Source: Glaucostegus cemiculus
Taxonomy: Eukaryota
Assembly: GCA_976551045.1 (NCBI GenBank)
Contig: CDPCPM010000351.1
Location: forward strand, 1,922,001 to 1,986,000
Direction of reading: 5' to 3'
DNA length: 64,000 bases
The first letter of the stretch is position 1, and each line of letters starts with the position of its first letter. The notes beneath the pieces are model-generated. The model had not been told where the DNA came from. It did not search any database and was given only the letters and a program-made list of their open reading frames with translations. The position numbers and the translations under genes were made by a program. Shown here piece by piece: positions 11,639-24,159 of this stretch.

Positions 11639-13569
11639 CTGTAACAATCTCACACTCTGGGTGATTTTAGCTTAGATTGCAATCGAGTTTACATTCTGCT
11701 TCAGGACAAGGGCATACTCTGTGTCGGTGCAGACAACAAGAAAAAGCTCTAGGTGTAAGTCTGAAATAAACGTTCAAAGTGTTGCAAATACTCTGCAGTT
11801 CGGGCAGCAACTGTGGAGTGAAAGATGGAGAATTTTTCAGGTCAATGACCTTTCAAAAGAATGGGAAAATTGGGAAACAGGTTTGTCTTAAGTTGGTAAG
11901 GGGGGGGGTGGGGAGAATAAAGGGAATATCTGTGATAGGGGACAGACCAAGGGAGAATGGACTACAGGTTACCCCGGGTAACAGACAGATTCTGTTTTTA
12001 TAGATGTTTATAAGTCAATATTGTCCATAAATCAGAAAATACACAAAAAACACTCAGTATGTTAACTATATCTCCACAGTATTGTAATGAATGGCATCAA
12101 AAGCACACAAGTCTGATTAGAAGGAACAATTAATAAAAGCAGAGAGGAAATTAGTTCTGCCATTTGTAGGAATGACCATGTGTACAGACATTGGACTTTT
12201 GAATTTAATAACGTGATGGGAACTCGTTCACATGTAGGGGTGTCCGTAAGTTGGGAGTTCATAACCCAGGGATGGCCTGTGCACTGATTGGTGTCAACTG
12301 AGAGAGGGTGGTGAAGTCTTGTTAATCGCAGCCAGTCTGTCTGGAGAAGATATAAACAGAGGAACACCAGAGGAGCCAAAACCAACTGCAGGAACAGTGA
12401 GGTCCAGAACACAGCAATTCAGCAGTTGCTTGAAATCCGAAATAAAGAAGAGTGTTTGGAAGAGCCAACAGGTTAGGCAGCATCTGTGGAGAGAGAAAAA
12501 CTGACTGACTTTGGTGCTGGTCAGGAATTGGAAAGCAACAAACCACAGATGCTCAAAACCTAAAGCAAAACCAGAAAATGTTGGAAACACTCATCAGGTC
12601 AGGCAGCATCTGTGGCGAGCAAATGATGCAGGTTGACACCCCATTCCCTCCTCCACCACATGATGAAAGGTGTTCTGCAAAGTGGTCAACCAACCTGTGT
12701 TTACCACATACCACATGAGGAGACCACACAGTGACCAGAGAGTACCAGTCACTAAACTGGGTGCGACTGAATCACTCCTTCACCTGGAAGGAGCGTTTGG
12801 GTTCCTTGAAGCTGGGAAGGGAAAGCATAAAGGGTCAGATATTGTAACCAACAATGTCCTGGAGGAACTCAGAGGGTCATGTGGGAGGAAAGAAATTGTC
12901 CACGTTTCGGGATGAAACCCTGTATCAGGACCCTCTGTTCACCTTCTGACCTTGTATCCAACGCCCAGCCCCCACACTGCACTTACCGGCCAAAATCAGG
13001 TATTGTTTCTCTTGCAGTTTTGAGGAGGGTGTGAGTGTTAGAGGAGGAGAGGGGACAATGTGTCTGGTGGTAGGGTCTCATTGAAAGTGGCAGAAATTAC
13101 GGAGATTATCCGATGATTGTGGTGACTGACCCACACTTTCACCTGCACCAACCTTGCATCAACCAGCATTTTGTTTTAGATTTTCATCACCTGTATTTTT
13201 TACATTTCAATCCCTGACCAATTCTAATGCGTCTCTCCCGACAGTCCTGCCTGATCTGTTGGACTTTTCCGGCGTGCTCCAGTATTTCAGGTTTCCAGTG
13301 ACCACTGTGCTCTGTATCTCACAGTTCCAGCCGGATGTTCTTGTTTCCCTCTCCTCTGCTTTCCACTTTTCACACCTCCTCCAGGTAGTTCAGCTGCCAA
13401 TAACCAGCTGGCATCTCCCTCTCTCAGGGGACATCACACCAGGCCTATCTGATCTTGCTCATAGACGTTTCCCTTTCCCTCCTTTCTCACTCTCTGCAAT
13501 GTAAAGTTGCCCATTTTCTAACTTTTCCTTCTTCTTGTGGAAGCACATTGACCTGAAACATTAATTCCT

Positions 13570-14460
13570 TTCTTTCTTTTTCAATCTTTTTATTAAATTT
13601 AAAATTAATGCACATAAAAATAGTAATTATACACATGGTGCAAAGAGATCGGGATTACAATTATAACTGTTGACATATACAAACACAGGGAGTAAAATAT
13701 ATAATCTGAACCTCCCAGTCTCTTACTAAATGAACCTAATACAAAAGAATTTGAAAAGAAATTTGATTATATGAAAAGAGAACCTCAAAATTAAAAAGAA
13801 AAATTCATAATAAAACAACAAAAAAAAGATAATAATAATAAACAAAAGCAAACCAAAAACTTCAAAAAAAAAAGCTGGACTATTATTCCTTTGGTTGAAA
13901 AACATTATTATGTTGTTAGCTCCACTCCTCTATATTCAAATAGAAGATTGTTGCAAGGGATTCGAAAGAGGTCTGCTTACATCAGATGGAATTTTTTTTT
14001 ATTTACAGCGTGGTAACAGGCCATTTCAGCCCAACAAGTCCGCGCTGCCCATTTTAAACCCCCAAATTAGCCTACCCGTACATCTTTGGAATGTGGGAGG
14101 AAACCGGAGCACCCGAAGGAAACCCACGCAGACACGGGAGAACGTACAAACTCCTTACAGTCAGCGACGGGAATCGAACCCCGATCGCTGGCGCTGTAAC
14201 ACCGTTGCGCTAACCGCTACGCTATCATGCCATCCCTGAGGAGTGGATACCGAAACAATACTGAACAAATGGGCTCCAAATTTCCTCAAATTTAAGCAAA
14301 GGATCAACAGTACCACTCTAATTTTTTCTAAGTTTAAACATGTTATAGTTTGAGAAAACCATTGAAATGTGGTAGGAGGTAGAGGGTCCTTCCATTTAAA
14401 TAGAATGGATCGCTTGGCCGTTAATGTAACAAATGCAATCACACGACAAGCTGAAGTGGA
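13570..14460 (-). mobile_element. L1-clade LINE 3' end with a nested SINE
   Basis: IAFVTLTAKRSILFKWKDPLPPTTFQW matches the fish-type L1 ORF2 C-terminus; U-rich 3' UTR and A-rich tail on the minus strand; related copy at 18890-19545. Confidence 0.75.
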
Positions 14461-14764
14461 TTGAAACGTTAATTCTGTTTCTCTTCCACAGCTCTGCCTT
14501 GTGTGGGATCTGGCCTTCTGCCGCATTCTTTCAACATAATGTGTTTTTCCAAATTCTTACCTAAACGCTCTTTTTCTTTGATTTCCTTAACTGTCAAAGG
14601 AAATTCTGTTCACTTATTGTCCTGCCGTAATCTCATGGATCGCACCACATAGTCTTAATGTTTATTTTCTTTCTTAAATATTCCTCCATAACACCTTTTT
14701 GGGTGCGGTCTTTCATCAGCACAGTGACAGTGTACTTAGATGCCAGTGAAGCTGGCTGACATAC

Positions 14765-15350
14765 CATGGAAGGATAGAGTATATTCTGGATGGCGAGTGC
14801 CTTGCATGCTGGCCCAGCAGAGGGTCACAGTGAACAGAGGAAAGCAGCGACAGGATATGTGAAGGAGCAGTAAAGCTTCTGCTCAAGTGGCCCCGATCTG
14901 CATGCTGAATTACAGCGTGTTCTTCAGGTGGGATTACATTCTTTAAACTTGCTGGCAGTTCATTTAGAATGGGATTGAGTACTCCAGGAACGGTTATTAC
15001 CATGAGGTAATATAATGGAGGCAGTTACACTGGGGCTTTCTTTGCTGGTGTGACACTGCTAAATGGGAGCGATTCATAATGAATCTAGCAGCTCAGACCT
15101 GGACATCCGTAAAGCAAAGCAACATTGGGAGTATATTCCAGCACCGTCTGTAACCTCAGGCCCCTGCATATCCCTCACCCTACCACTGCCTTCAAAACAG
15201 CAGCCAATTCCTTTCAATGAGAAGTCAGGAATGTTAAGCCAGGAGCAGTAGCAGCTGTACGTCAGACAAACCAAGCTGGTGAAGCTACAGCACCACAGAA
15301 CGTGTGTACTGACAGCAGAAAGTGTGTGCAGAAGCTAACCCAGCACTAAT
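14765..15350 (-). pseudogene. Candidate relic exon(s), domain unassigned (possible EGF at the 3' end)
   Basis: Unique sequence ending at a CATG|GTATGT donor; protein-like stretch ITVPGVLNPILNELPASLKNVIPPEEH; abutted by a SINE at ~15400. Confidence 0.3.
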
Positions 15351-15399
15351 CGATCAGTCCGTGCTCCTGCACATCCAGCTGTGAACGATGGGGGACAAG

Positions 15400-15700
15400 G
15401 GGCTGCACGGTAGTGTAGTGCTTAATGTAATACTACTACAGCACCAGCGACCTGGTTTCAATTCCAGTCGCTGTCTGTATGGAGTTTGTACGTCCTCCCC
15501 GTGTGTCTGCGTGGGTTTCCTCCAAGTGCTCTGGTTTCCTCCTACATTCCAAAAACGTACAGGTTCGGAGCTGTGGGCGTGCTACATTGGTGCCAGAAGT
15601 GTGGCGACACTTGCGGGCTGCCCCCAGCACATTCTCAGTAAACAAAAAGATGTATTTCACTGTGTGTTTCGATCTACATGTGACTAATAAATAAATAAAT
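15400..15700 (+). mobile_element. tRNA-derived SINE with a different 3' tail (tgtgactaataaa)
   Basis: Same head as the other SINEs but a distinct body; second copy at ~23855-24155(-). Confidence 0.75.
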
Positions 15701-18700
15701 ATCTTAATTAAACAGCGCTCAGGATGGGGACGCTCCATCCTCGACGCAGGCAGAGCCCACTGTATGGGTGCTGAAGCATTCACAATAACGGTCAGTCAGA
15801 AGTTCATATCAGGGGGTCCATCTCTGCCCTCTTCTGAAGTCTCCACCATCACAGAAACCAGCCTTCAGCTAGTTCAACTTCATGTGATAGTCAACCACCG
15901 TGTCTCTGCTGGCCATCAAGGACCTATCTGTGCTCACCCTCTTTCCCAATGTTCAGCCTTCTATGCAGTGGTGTTTCATGTGCTGTTCTAAGTAGTTAAA
16001 TGTTGGGGGAGGACTTGTTCTTCCCAACCCTCAGGCACTGCATGCCAGATTTCAACCAACTCTGGGTGAAAAGAAAATCTTCCTGAAATTCCAACTAGTT
16101 TCCTACTCCTTACCTTAAACCCATGTTCTCTGGTCCTGGAAACCTCTGCTAAGGTCTACCACTATCTGCTCAATTTATTCCTCTTAAACCTCAGTCAGGT
16201 CACCCCTCAGTCTTCTCTGCTTCAAAGAAGACAAGCCAAGCCTGACCAGTTTCTCCTCATAACTGAAGTGCTCCACCTTGGACAACCTCTGCACCGTCTC
16301 CAGTGCATTCACATCCTTCCTATAGTGTGGCAGCCAGAACCGCACACAGTAATCCAAGTGTAGCTAACTACTGCTTTATAGTTTATACCATGACCTTCCT
16401 TCCCTTTTATTCTATGCTTATTCTATGCTCCAGTTAATGAAAACAAGTATTCCATATGCCTTTTTAACCATCTTAACTACGTGTGCTGCTGCCTTCAGCT
16501 ATCCTTGGACATATCCACCAAGATACCTTTATCCCTTGGTAGCTTCTGGAGTCCTACAGTTCATTGTGAATCCCAGAATCGTTAGTTCTCCTAAAATATA
16601 TCAACACACACAAAATTCTGGAGGAACTCAGCGGGTCAGGCAGCATCTACGGAGGGAAATGAACAGTTGACGTTTTGGGCCAAGAGCCAATATGTCACCT
16701 CACATTTTTCTTGTTTATGTTTCACCTGCCATTTCTTTGCCCATCTCATCTACTCATCAATATCATTCTGCAGCCAAAGACTACCTTCCTCATTATCAAC
16801 ACCAACCTTCATGTCATCGGCAAACCTTCTAATCAGACCTCCTAGACAGGTCTTCCCCAGGTCACGACCGCCCGGCTTGTACACATGAACAAGCATTTGG
16901 GAGACCGGCCGGGTGAGGTTGCCGGCTGCTGCAGGGCTGCAGACATCTTCTGCTGTATGGGAACTCGGTTTGTGGCAATATCAACCACTCAGTTCCAGAT
17001 TCCAACCACTGTCCAGCAGAGAAAGGTCTTCCTCAGATCCCTCTTAAACCTTTGCAGCCCTTACCCTAAACCTGTGACCTCCAGTTTTAGACGCATTTGG
17101 TATGGGGAACTGTTTCCCACTTCCTACCCTATCTGTGCCCCTCATAATTTTAGATACCTCAATCAGGTTTCCTCATCAGCCTCCTGCCCACTAACTGTGC
17201 GCTATTAACTGCACAATTACTGAGCAACCAGTGTACTCTCAACCGTCAGTAAAGTATTGCGAGGGTCCTGTTGAGGAGAACTTACTCACCAATAACCTGC
17301 GCACTGATGCTCAGTTTGGGTTTCTCTATGAATTCAAACCTCATTCCAATTTTGGATTAAACATGGATAAAAATGCTGAGTCGCAGACGTGAGCTGAGAG
17401 TCACTGCCCTTGGCAGTTGACCGAGAGTGGCACGAAGGAGCAATTCAGTCCCTTGGGGATCAGGTGAAAAACTCATCCTTGACTGGATTCATATGTTGCT
17501 GAAAGAGAGTAGGTTGTGGTTGTTGAGACAAGCACCTCGGGGCAAGGACATAGTGTGGGAATTCTTTAGTAGACTCATTGTCCTATCTGAAAATAGTTAA
17601 TGACCACCCCTTTATCATAAGATTTATGTAAGGAGGTTCACTGATGAATTCACCTTGTTGAAATAATAATTGTCCCTCTTGAGTGTCTGGCCTTTGCTCA
17701 ACGCTTAATGGTACTTTCCAGACTGGATTAGGACAAGGGCAGAGAGCCGGTGGGAACTCCGTCATCCTCGAGGACCCTTCCTGGCTGGAAATATCTGCGC
17801 CTGAGTGTTCATCTGTGCTCTGTGAAGTTGCTGCTTAACCTCGTTGTGAGAGGACCTTCGTCACGAGGTCTCCCACAGTTCAACAAGGCCTCCTGCAGAG
17901 CAGCTCTGGATGGGAAACAAATACTGCCTTGAAGTGGCATGTACATCCTGCAGTGAATTTTAACAAAAGGTCGCTCTGCAGATGTGGAAGGGCAGCAGGG
18001 GACATACACTTTGCTGTGGACTACAATCCAATCACAACATGACTTTCTGAGCATTCATGTTTCTAATATGCATTTTGGGCTAAGGATGTTGTCAAAATTA
18101 TGTCCATGGTTATCCCATTTTGACAACAGTAATTCATGCCAACATTGCCTCCCTGATTCAACCGCATGTTGGAATAGAGGACAATAGAATACATCATCCA
18201 AGGAAGTTGGAGTCATCTTTCTGCAACGGTTTATATTGCCACTGTAGACCATAGTATCGGTCTTGTTTAAGGACAGAAATATATGTCCCTGAGGGTGTGA
18301 CTTAGGGTTTAGGGTTTGATTGCTGGGAGGGCAGTGTTGCCTTGTTAAACATCAGAGAGTGCGCCTCCACACCAGGTTCAGACGCTGCTTTTCCGTACTG
18401 CTATCTCCAGGTTTACAGGTTCTGGTGCACTGCTGCCTGTGGGGTGTTTGTGCTGCCTGGCACAGGGATCCACATGTTAGTGTGGTCTTCACCTTCACTC
18501 CCTTCTCCCTCCAGACCCTGCCTTTCTGCAGCTCCCCACCACCTGCTGTGGTCCCTCCCCTCTGCTTTGCTTCAATCCCAATGGCAGCTGGTTTGACCTC
18601 GTGAGTCAGCGCAGAGCAATGGCTGCCTAATCACATGGGTCTGGTGTAACACATCTTAAAGGGAGGAACACATCATTAACATTTCCTTAAAACAAAGTTA

Positions 18701-18889
18701 TCCTGATTTTGAGATTTTGTAGGTAACAACTGATGTGGCGTCTTGAGATGATGCATCTGTGATCAGCAACCTCCTCAATGTTTGTGAGAGGGATGATTCT
18801 CCGTCACGTTTCATTACTGGAACTCCCTGGCCTGTGGACTTGAGCCCATGGGCCAGATTGGACTTGAGCCCAGGGTTAGGACTGATTTT

Positions 18890-19545
18890 CCTTTCTTTTT
18901 TAATCTTTTTATTGATAACAAATCAATACAGGTTAATATATATAACAACATGTATTACAGAGAGATCGGGTAACAATCATAGGTAATCATTAAAAAAAGC
19001 AATAAAGTATAATATATATAAAAGAAATAGTTCCAACAATCTCTCGGTTGATAAGTATAGTGTAAAAGATAAGAAAGAAAAAGATTTATTATATAAATTA
19101 GAAAAAACAGGAGAAAAACCCAATCAATAAAAAAATTGTAACAATACAAAGTAAATTAAACAGAAAATTTTGAAGGGAAAAAAAAACAAGAAAAAAAAAC
19201 TGGGCTAAAATTTTCAATAGAAACAGAGCAATATAATGTTGTCAGCTCCGTTCCTCTGAATTAAAAAAAGTTATAGAAGGGGAAACTGCATCATGTGAAA
19301 GTATTGAATAAATGGACTCCAAATATCTTCAAATTTAAGCGAAGAGTCAACAGTACCACTCCTAATTTTTTCCAAATTAAGACATGATATAGTTTGAGAG
19401 AACCATTGAAAGGTAGTAGGGGGTATTGGATCCTTCCATTTAAGCAGAATGGCTCATTTGGCCATTAATGTAACAAGAGCAATCATACGGTTAGCAGAAG
19501 CAGGTAAATGGCCAGACTTTATCCATGGTAATCCAAAAATTGCAG
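18890..19545 (-). mobile_element. L1-clade LINE 3' end
   Basis: Homologous to 13570-14460 (caacagtaccact...gaaccattgaa...ggccattaatgtaaca). Confidence 0.75.
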
Positions 19546-20655
19546 TAGGACTGTTTTCCACATCACTTTCCTGCCCTTTCCCCAAATCCCTTCACTCCTT
19601 TAATTCATAAACATCTTCCAGCTTTAGTCTTGTACCCAGGAACTGATCCTGCACGGCATCTGGAATGTTCACAGCCTTGGAATCAGTGGTATCGAACAGA
19701 AGCAGGCCCTTCAACCCACTGAATTGATGCTGCCCATCAAGAACCCACTTACAGTGGTCCTACATCAATCCCATTTTATTTGCCCCACATTCCCTTCAAT
19801 TCCCTTCCCCCACCACCACCCAGATTCTACTACTCACCTACAAACTGGGGGGCAATTTTACACTGGTCAGTTGACCCACCAACCTGGACGTCTCTGGGAT
19901 GTGGGAGGAAAGCAGAGCACCTGGAGAAAACGCACCCGGTCAGTGGGAGAGCGTGCAAACTTCACACAGACAGGACCCAAGGTCAGGATTGAACCTGGGT
20001 CTCTGGAGCTGTGAGGCAGTGGCTCTACCCCCTGTGCCATAGGTGAATGTGTGCCACGTGTGGATGGGATTGGATTCAGCTGGTTGGAGAGGATTGGCTT
20101 TCAGCCCTGGTCAGTTGACTGCACTGCGCCTCCACTGCCCACCAAGCTTCCTCTCTCCCTCTGGCTTGGAACCTTCCTTTCCCATTGGATGTCACAGAAC
20201 ACCTGGAGGAGTGGTGGGGAGGAACGAGTTTGTTGACCCTTGGCCTGGGACAGGAGGTGGAAAAGGTGGCAAAGCTTGGTCCTGGCAGGACTGAGGCTGT
20301 TGAAATACCTGCACTTGCGCTCAGCATCACCCGCAGTGAAGGAGCTGTGCACATCCGGGTCATGGTGTCACATACTGATACAGCACGAAACAGGCCCTTT
20401 GGCCCACTGAGCCCATGCCAACCATCAACCACCCATCTTCACACTCATCCTGCCCTAACCTATTTTATTCTTCTTACATTCCCATCAACCACTCACTTAC
20501 ACATTAACGGCAATTTACTTTGGTCCATTAACCTATTGAACTTTGGGATGTGGGAGAAAACTGGAGCACCTGCAGGAAACAAATGTGATCACAGGGAGAA
20601 CATGCAAACTCCACAGCGACAGCACACGACGCCAGGACTGAACCCAGATGGAAGG

Positions 20656-21219
20656 AGTATTGGTATTGATTCATTACTGTCACTTGTACCAAGGTACAGT
20701 GCATATCGTTTGTACAGATCAATTCATTACACAGTGTACTGAGGTAGTACAGGGTAAAAACAATAACAGAATACAGATAAAGTGTCACGGCTACAGGGAA
20801 GTGCAGTGCAGGTAGATAATAAGGTGCAAGGTCAGACAAGGTAGATTGTGAGGTCAAGAGTCCATCTCATCATATAAGGGAACCGTTGAATAGTCTTATC
20901 ACCATGGGATAGAAGCTGTCCTTGAGCTTGGTGGTATGTGCCCTCAGGCTTCTGCATCTTCTGCCTGATGAGAGAGGGGAGAAGAGAGAATGACCCAGGC
21001 TGGGTGGGGTCTTTGATTATGCTGGCTGCTTCACCAAGGCAGTGAGAGGTATGGACAGAGTCCATGGAGGGGAGACTGGTTTCTGTGATGTGCTGGGCTG
21101 TGTCCACAGCTCTCTGCAGTTGATTGCAGTCCTGGGCAGAGCAGTTGCCGTACCAAGCTGTGACGCATCCAGATAGGATGCTTTCTGTGGTGCAGCGATA
21201 AAAGTTGGTGAGAGTCAGA
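20656..21219 (-). mobile_element. Rex1/Babar-type LINE 3' fragment
   Basis: Near-identical to the 7321-7900 copy. Confidence 0.8.
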
Positions 21220-21929
21220 GGCTTTCAGCTTGAGATGACAGCAGGAGTCTGAGGGAGGTTTCCACTGGTGCTGAGCTTCTCTAGACATTCTGTGTGCATT
21301 AATGACAGCAAATCTTGCAGTTAGAAAGTGCAATGTAAGCAGAAGTGGGGAGCAGAAATGAGACAAGTCCAGGTCACAGTGGGGAGAATGCAGTGGTATC
21401 TTGTGTTGTGTGCACTAGGGATGGTGTGTAACCTTTGGGCAGGACAGAGAGAGCAGTTGTTGCCCTGAAGCAGAGCGAAGGTTTGGTGCAGAAGTCACTT
21501 GAAGAGAGAATTAGGGGAAAGATAGAAAGGAAGACCACAGTTTGGACTCCTTTCCCGTTCCTTGCCCAAACACAATGAACAGTGCAAGGCATCCATTTCC
21601 ACAGCTGCTTTTAGCACCCCCAGAACATTCCACTGTCAGTGGAGTTCTCGTGAAAGTGCCAATACCGTTGTAAAGTAGAAAATGCACAAGCTGCTCCATG
21701 CACAGCAAGCTCCCGCAAACAGCGGTTTAGGGATAAAAAGTTGGCCAGAATTGAGAACTCTCCCATCCTTGTTAGAATAGTGTGGTGGGGGTATTTGCAG
21801 CATCTGAGAGGACACAGGGGCTCAGTTTAAAGTTCATTCCCTGTGCTTACACGGGACTGCAGTGAACGTCAAGCAAAGCTAGATTTAGCACCTGGAAACC
21901 ATGACAGGAAACACATGCTTGGAAACACA

Positions 21930-22530
21930 GTGGCTTCAGCTGTTACCAATTTCTTTGTTGGATAAATGGGCACGAACAGGACCCTTCACAGAGAACTTCA
22001 AATACAACTCTGTTTTAATGGAATGTTGAGGGTGAAGTGCATGTCCAGATGTCAGGAGGACACAGTGCTCGTACTCTGGGGTCTGTCCTCCCTTATATGC
22101 TGAATCCAGAGCTAAACACAACTTTAAACCCAATCAAAAACTGTGGAAGTTATTATGAAGGCTGATCTTTTACAGAAAGGACATAGCTTCCTATCTTGAA
22201 CTTATTTTGTGTGCACCCTCCACTGAATCCGTGGCTTATCTGAAGCTCTTTTTCTCTGGGCAATACCCGTCACTGGTTCTTTCCAACAAGGATCATCTGA
22301 ATTTGCTGGCACTTTGCACGGAGCTTGGTGCTTGGGATGGGAGATCAGCCTCATCTCTGCCCTGCTCTGTTGACAGTGATGATGTTTGATGTCCAGAGCC
22401 AGGTTGGTGCTTTCGTTCCAAGACCCTGTGTTTGCGGCGATGCAGAGCACAAAGCGATCAGGCTGGATGGGGCGGGGTGCAGCCAGGGAGGAGGAGAGGA
22501 GAGCAGCCACTGACACACTTGCATCTAGAG
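21930..22530 (-). pseudogene. Relic exon(s): Ig-like domains
   Basis: FVLCIAANTGSWNESTNLAL (Ig F/G-strand pattern Y.C.A.N..G....L), DKPRIQW (P.P.I.W) and DSAYKGG..EYEHC...TELYLKFSVKGP. Confidence 0.4.
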
Positions 22531-24159
22531 TGGACATAAGCTTAGAATTCCTGTGTAAGTAAAGCAGGGCTGAGGTTCCAGTGTCTCATCGTCCCTTGCT
22601 GGCCATCTTGGCTCAGCAGTTGCCTAGATGGCCACTGCTTTATGCTCAGGTGGTGGACGGTTCTACCTTCCTGCTATTAAGTGAGGTGCTCATTTTATGT
22701 GCAAAGTCACTAATAGTGTTAACCTGTTGCCACTTGTTCTACTTTGTTGGCTGCAGGGGCCTCATCTCTGTGTTTGTGAAGGCCCAATGTAAGATTCCAG
22801 TGTCTGCAGTCCTTTGTTTCTCCAGTGTAAAATGCCCCAGTTGGTCTCTAGGTAGGGTTTGTGTTTCTGTTCAGCTGGTGTCAGTGGGAAAGGAAATTGT
22901 TTAAAGTGAGCTCTCTGGTTGTTTTTGTGTCTGTAATGGCCAGTGAGAGGTAAACATGACCAGGGCAGTTTCGATCTGCGCTGAAGTAAAGGCAGAGGAT
23001 GCCAGAATCACCCAGTTGGTCAGGTAGTGCCTGTGGAGAAAGAAACAGAGGTAGCGTCTCGGGTCACAACTGGGAGAGAGAGAGAAGAAGTTAGTTTTAA
23101 GTTGCGGAGAGGGTAGGGGGAAGGATGGGTAGGACAAATGGTTGCAGTGGTGATGAAACCATCTGATAGGTTAATGCGGGAAGTTAGAAACAGAGAGAGA
23201 ACTCAAACAACAGAACATTTATAACGCAGTGAAATGCCCAGCAGATTGGGCAGTATCTGTGGAGAGAGAAGAACTCAGTTAATATTACAGATGTGACAAA
23301 CATAGCAGAACTGGCCAGTGAAATGAGTCTGCAGCAGGTAATGTATAGAGTGAAAATTGATTTCCAACAAAGCAGAAATTAGGTGAAGAAGAGCATACAA
23401 TTGACAACTGACAAGTTTGAGATTGCAGTTATATTTTCCCTGATGAAGGGTTTCAACCCAAAACATCAACAACTCCTTTCCCCCCACAGGTGCTGCTCAA
23501 CCCGCTATGTTCCTTCAGCAGATTGTTTGTTGCTCCAGATTCCAGTGTCTGCAGTCTCTCGTGTCTCCATATTTTCCACATTCCAATGTTAGTCTCAAAA
23601 ACCTGCTAGGAGTTGGGGGAGGAGAAGCCAGAAAGCTGGAAGTTGAAACAGCCTCAAAAGAATCTTTATGCACCCATTGAATTCTGTTGTCTGTGCTTTA
23701 GCAACAAATGTCCTCCTGTATTTTTCAATATATGTGAGGCTAGGTTACATAAATGTAATTGTGTGACAGTCACACAGTTAACATTTCATTAATAGTTCCT
23801 TTCTATACCTTACTGAATGTCAATGCTGATTGTGGCTTTGTGTGAAGATGTATTTATAAGATATCTTTATTAGTCACATGCACATCAAAACGCACAGTGA
23901 AATACATCTTTCTGCATGGAGTGTTCTGGGGGCAGCCCGCAAGTGTTGCCACTTTTCCGGCACCAACATAGCATGCCCACAACTTCCTAACCTGTATGTC
24001 TCTTTGGAATGTGGGAGGAAACCGGAGCACCCGGAGGAAACCCACACAGACACACAGGGAGAATGTTCAAACTCCTTACAGACAGCGGCCGGAATCGAGC
24101 CCAGGTCTCTGGAGTTGTAATAGTGTTACGCTAACCGCTACACAACTGTGCCTGCCCCT

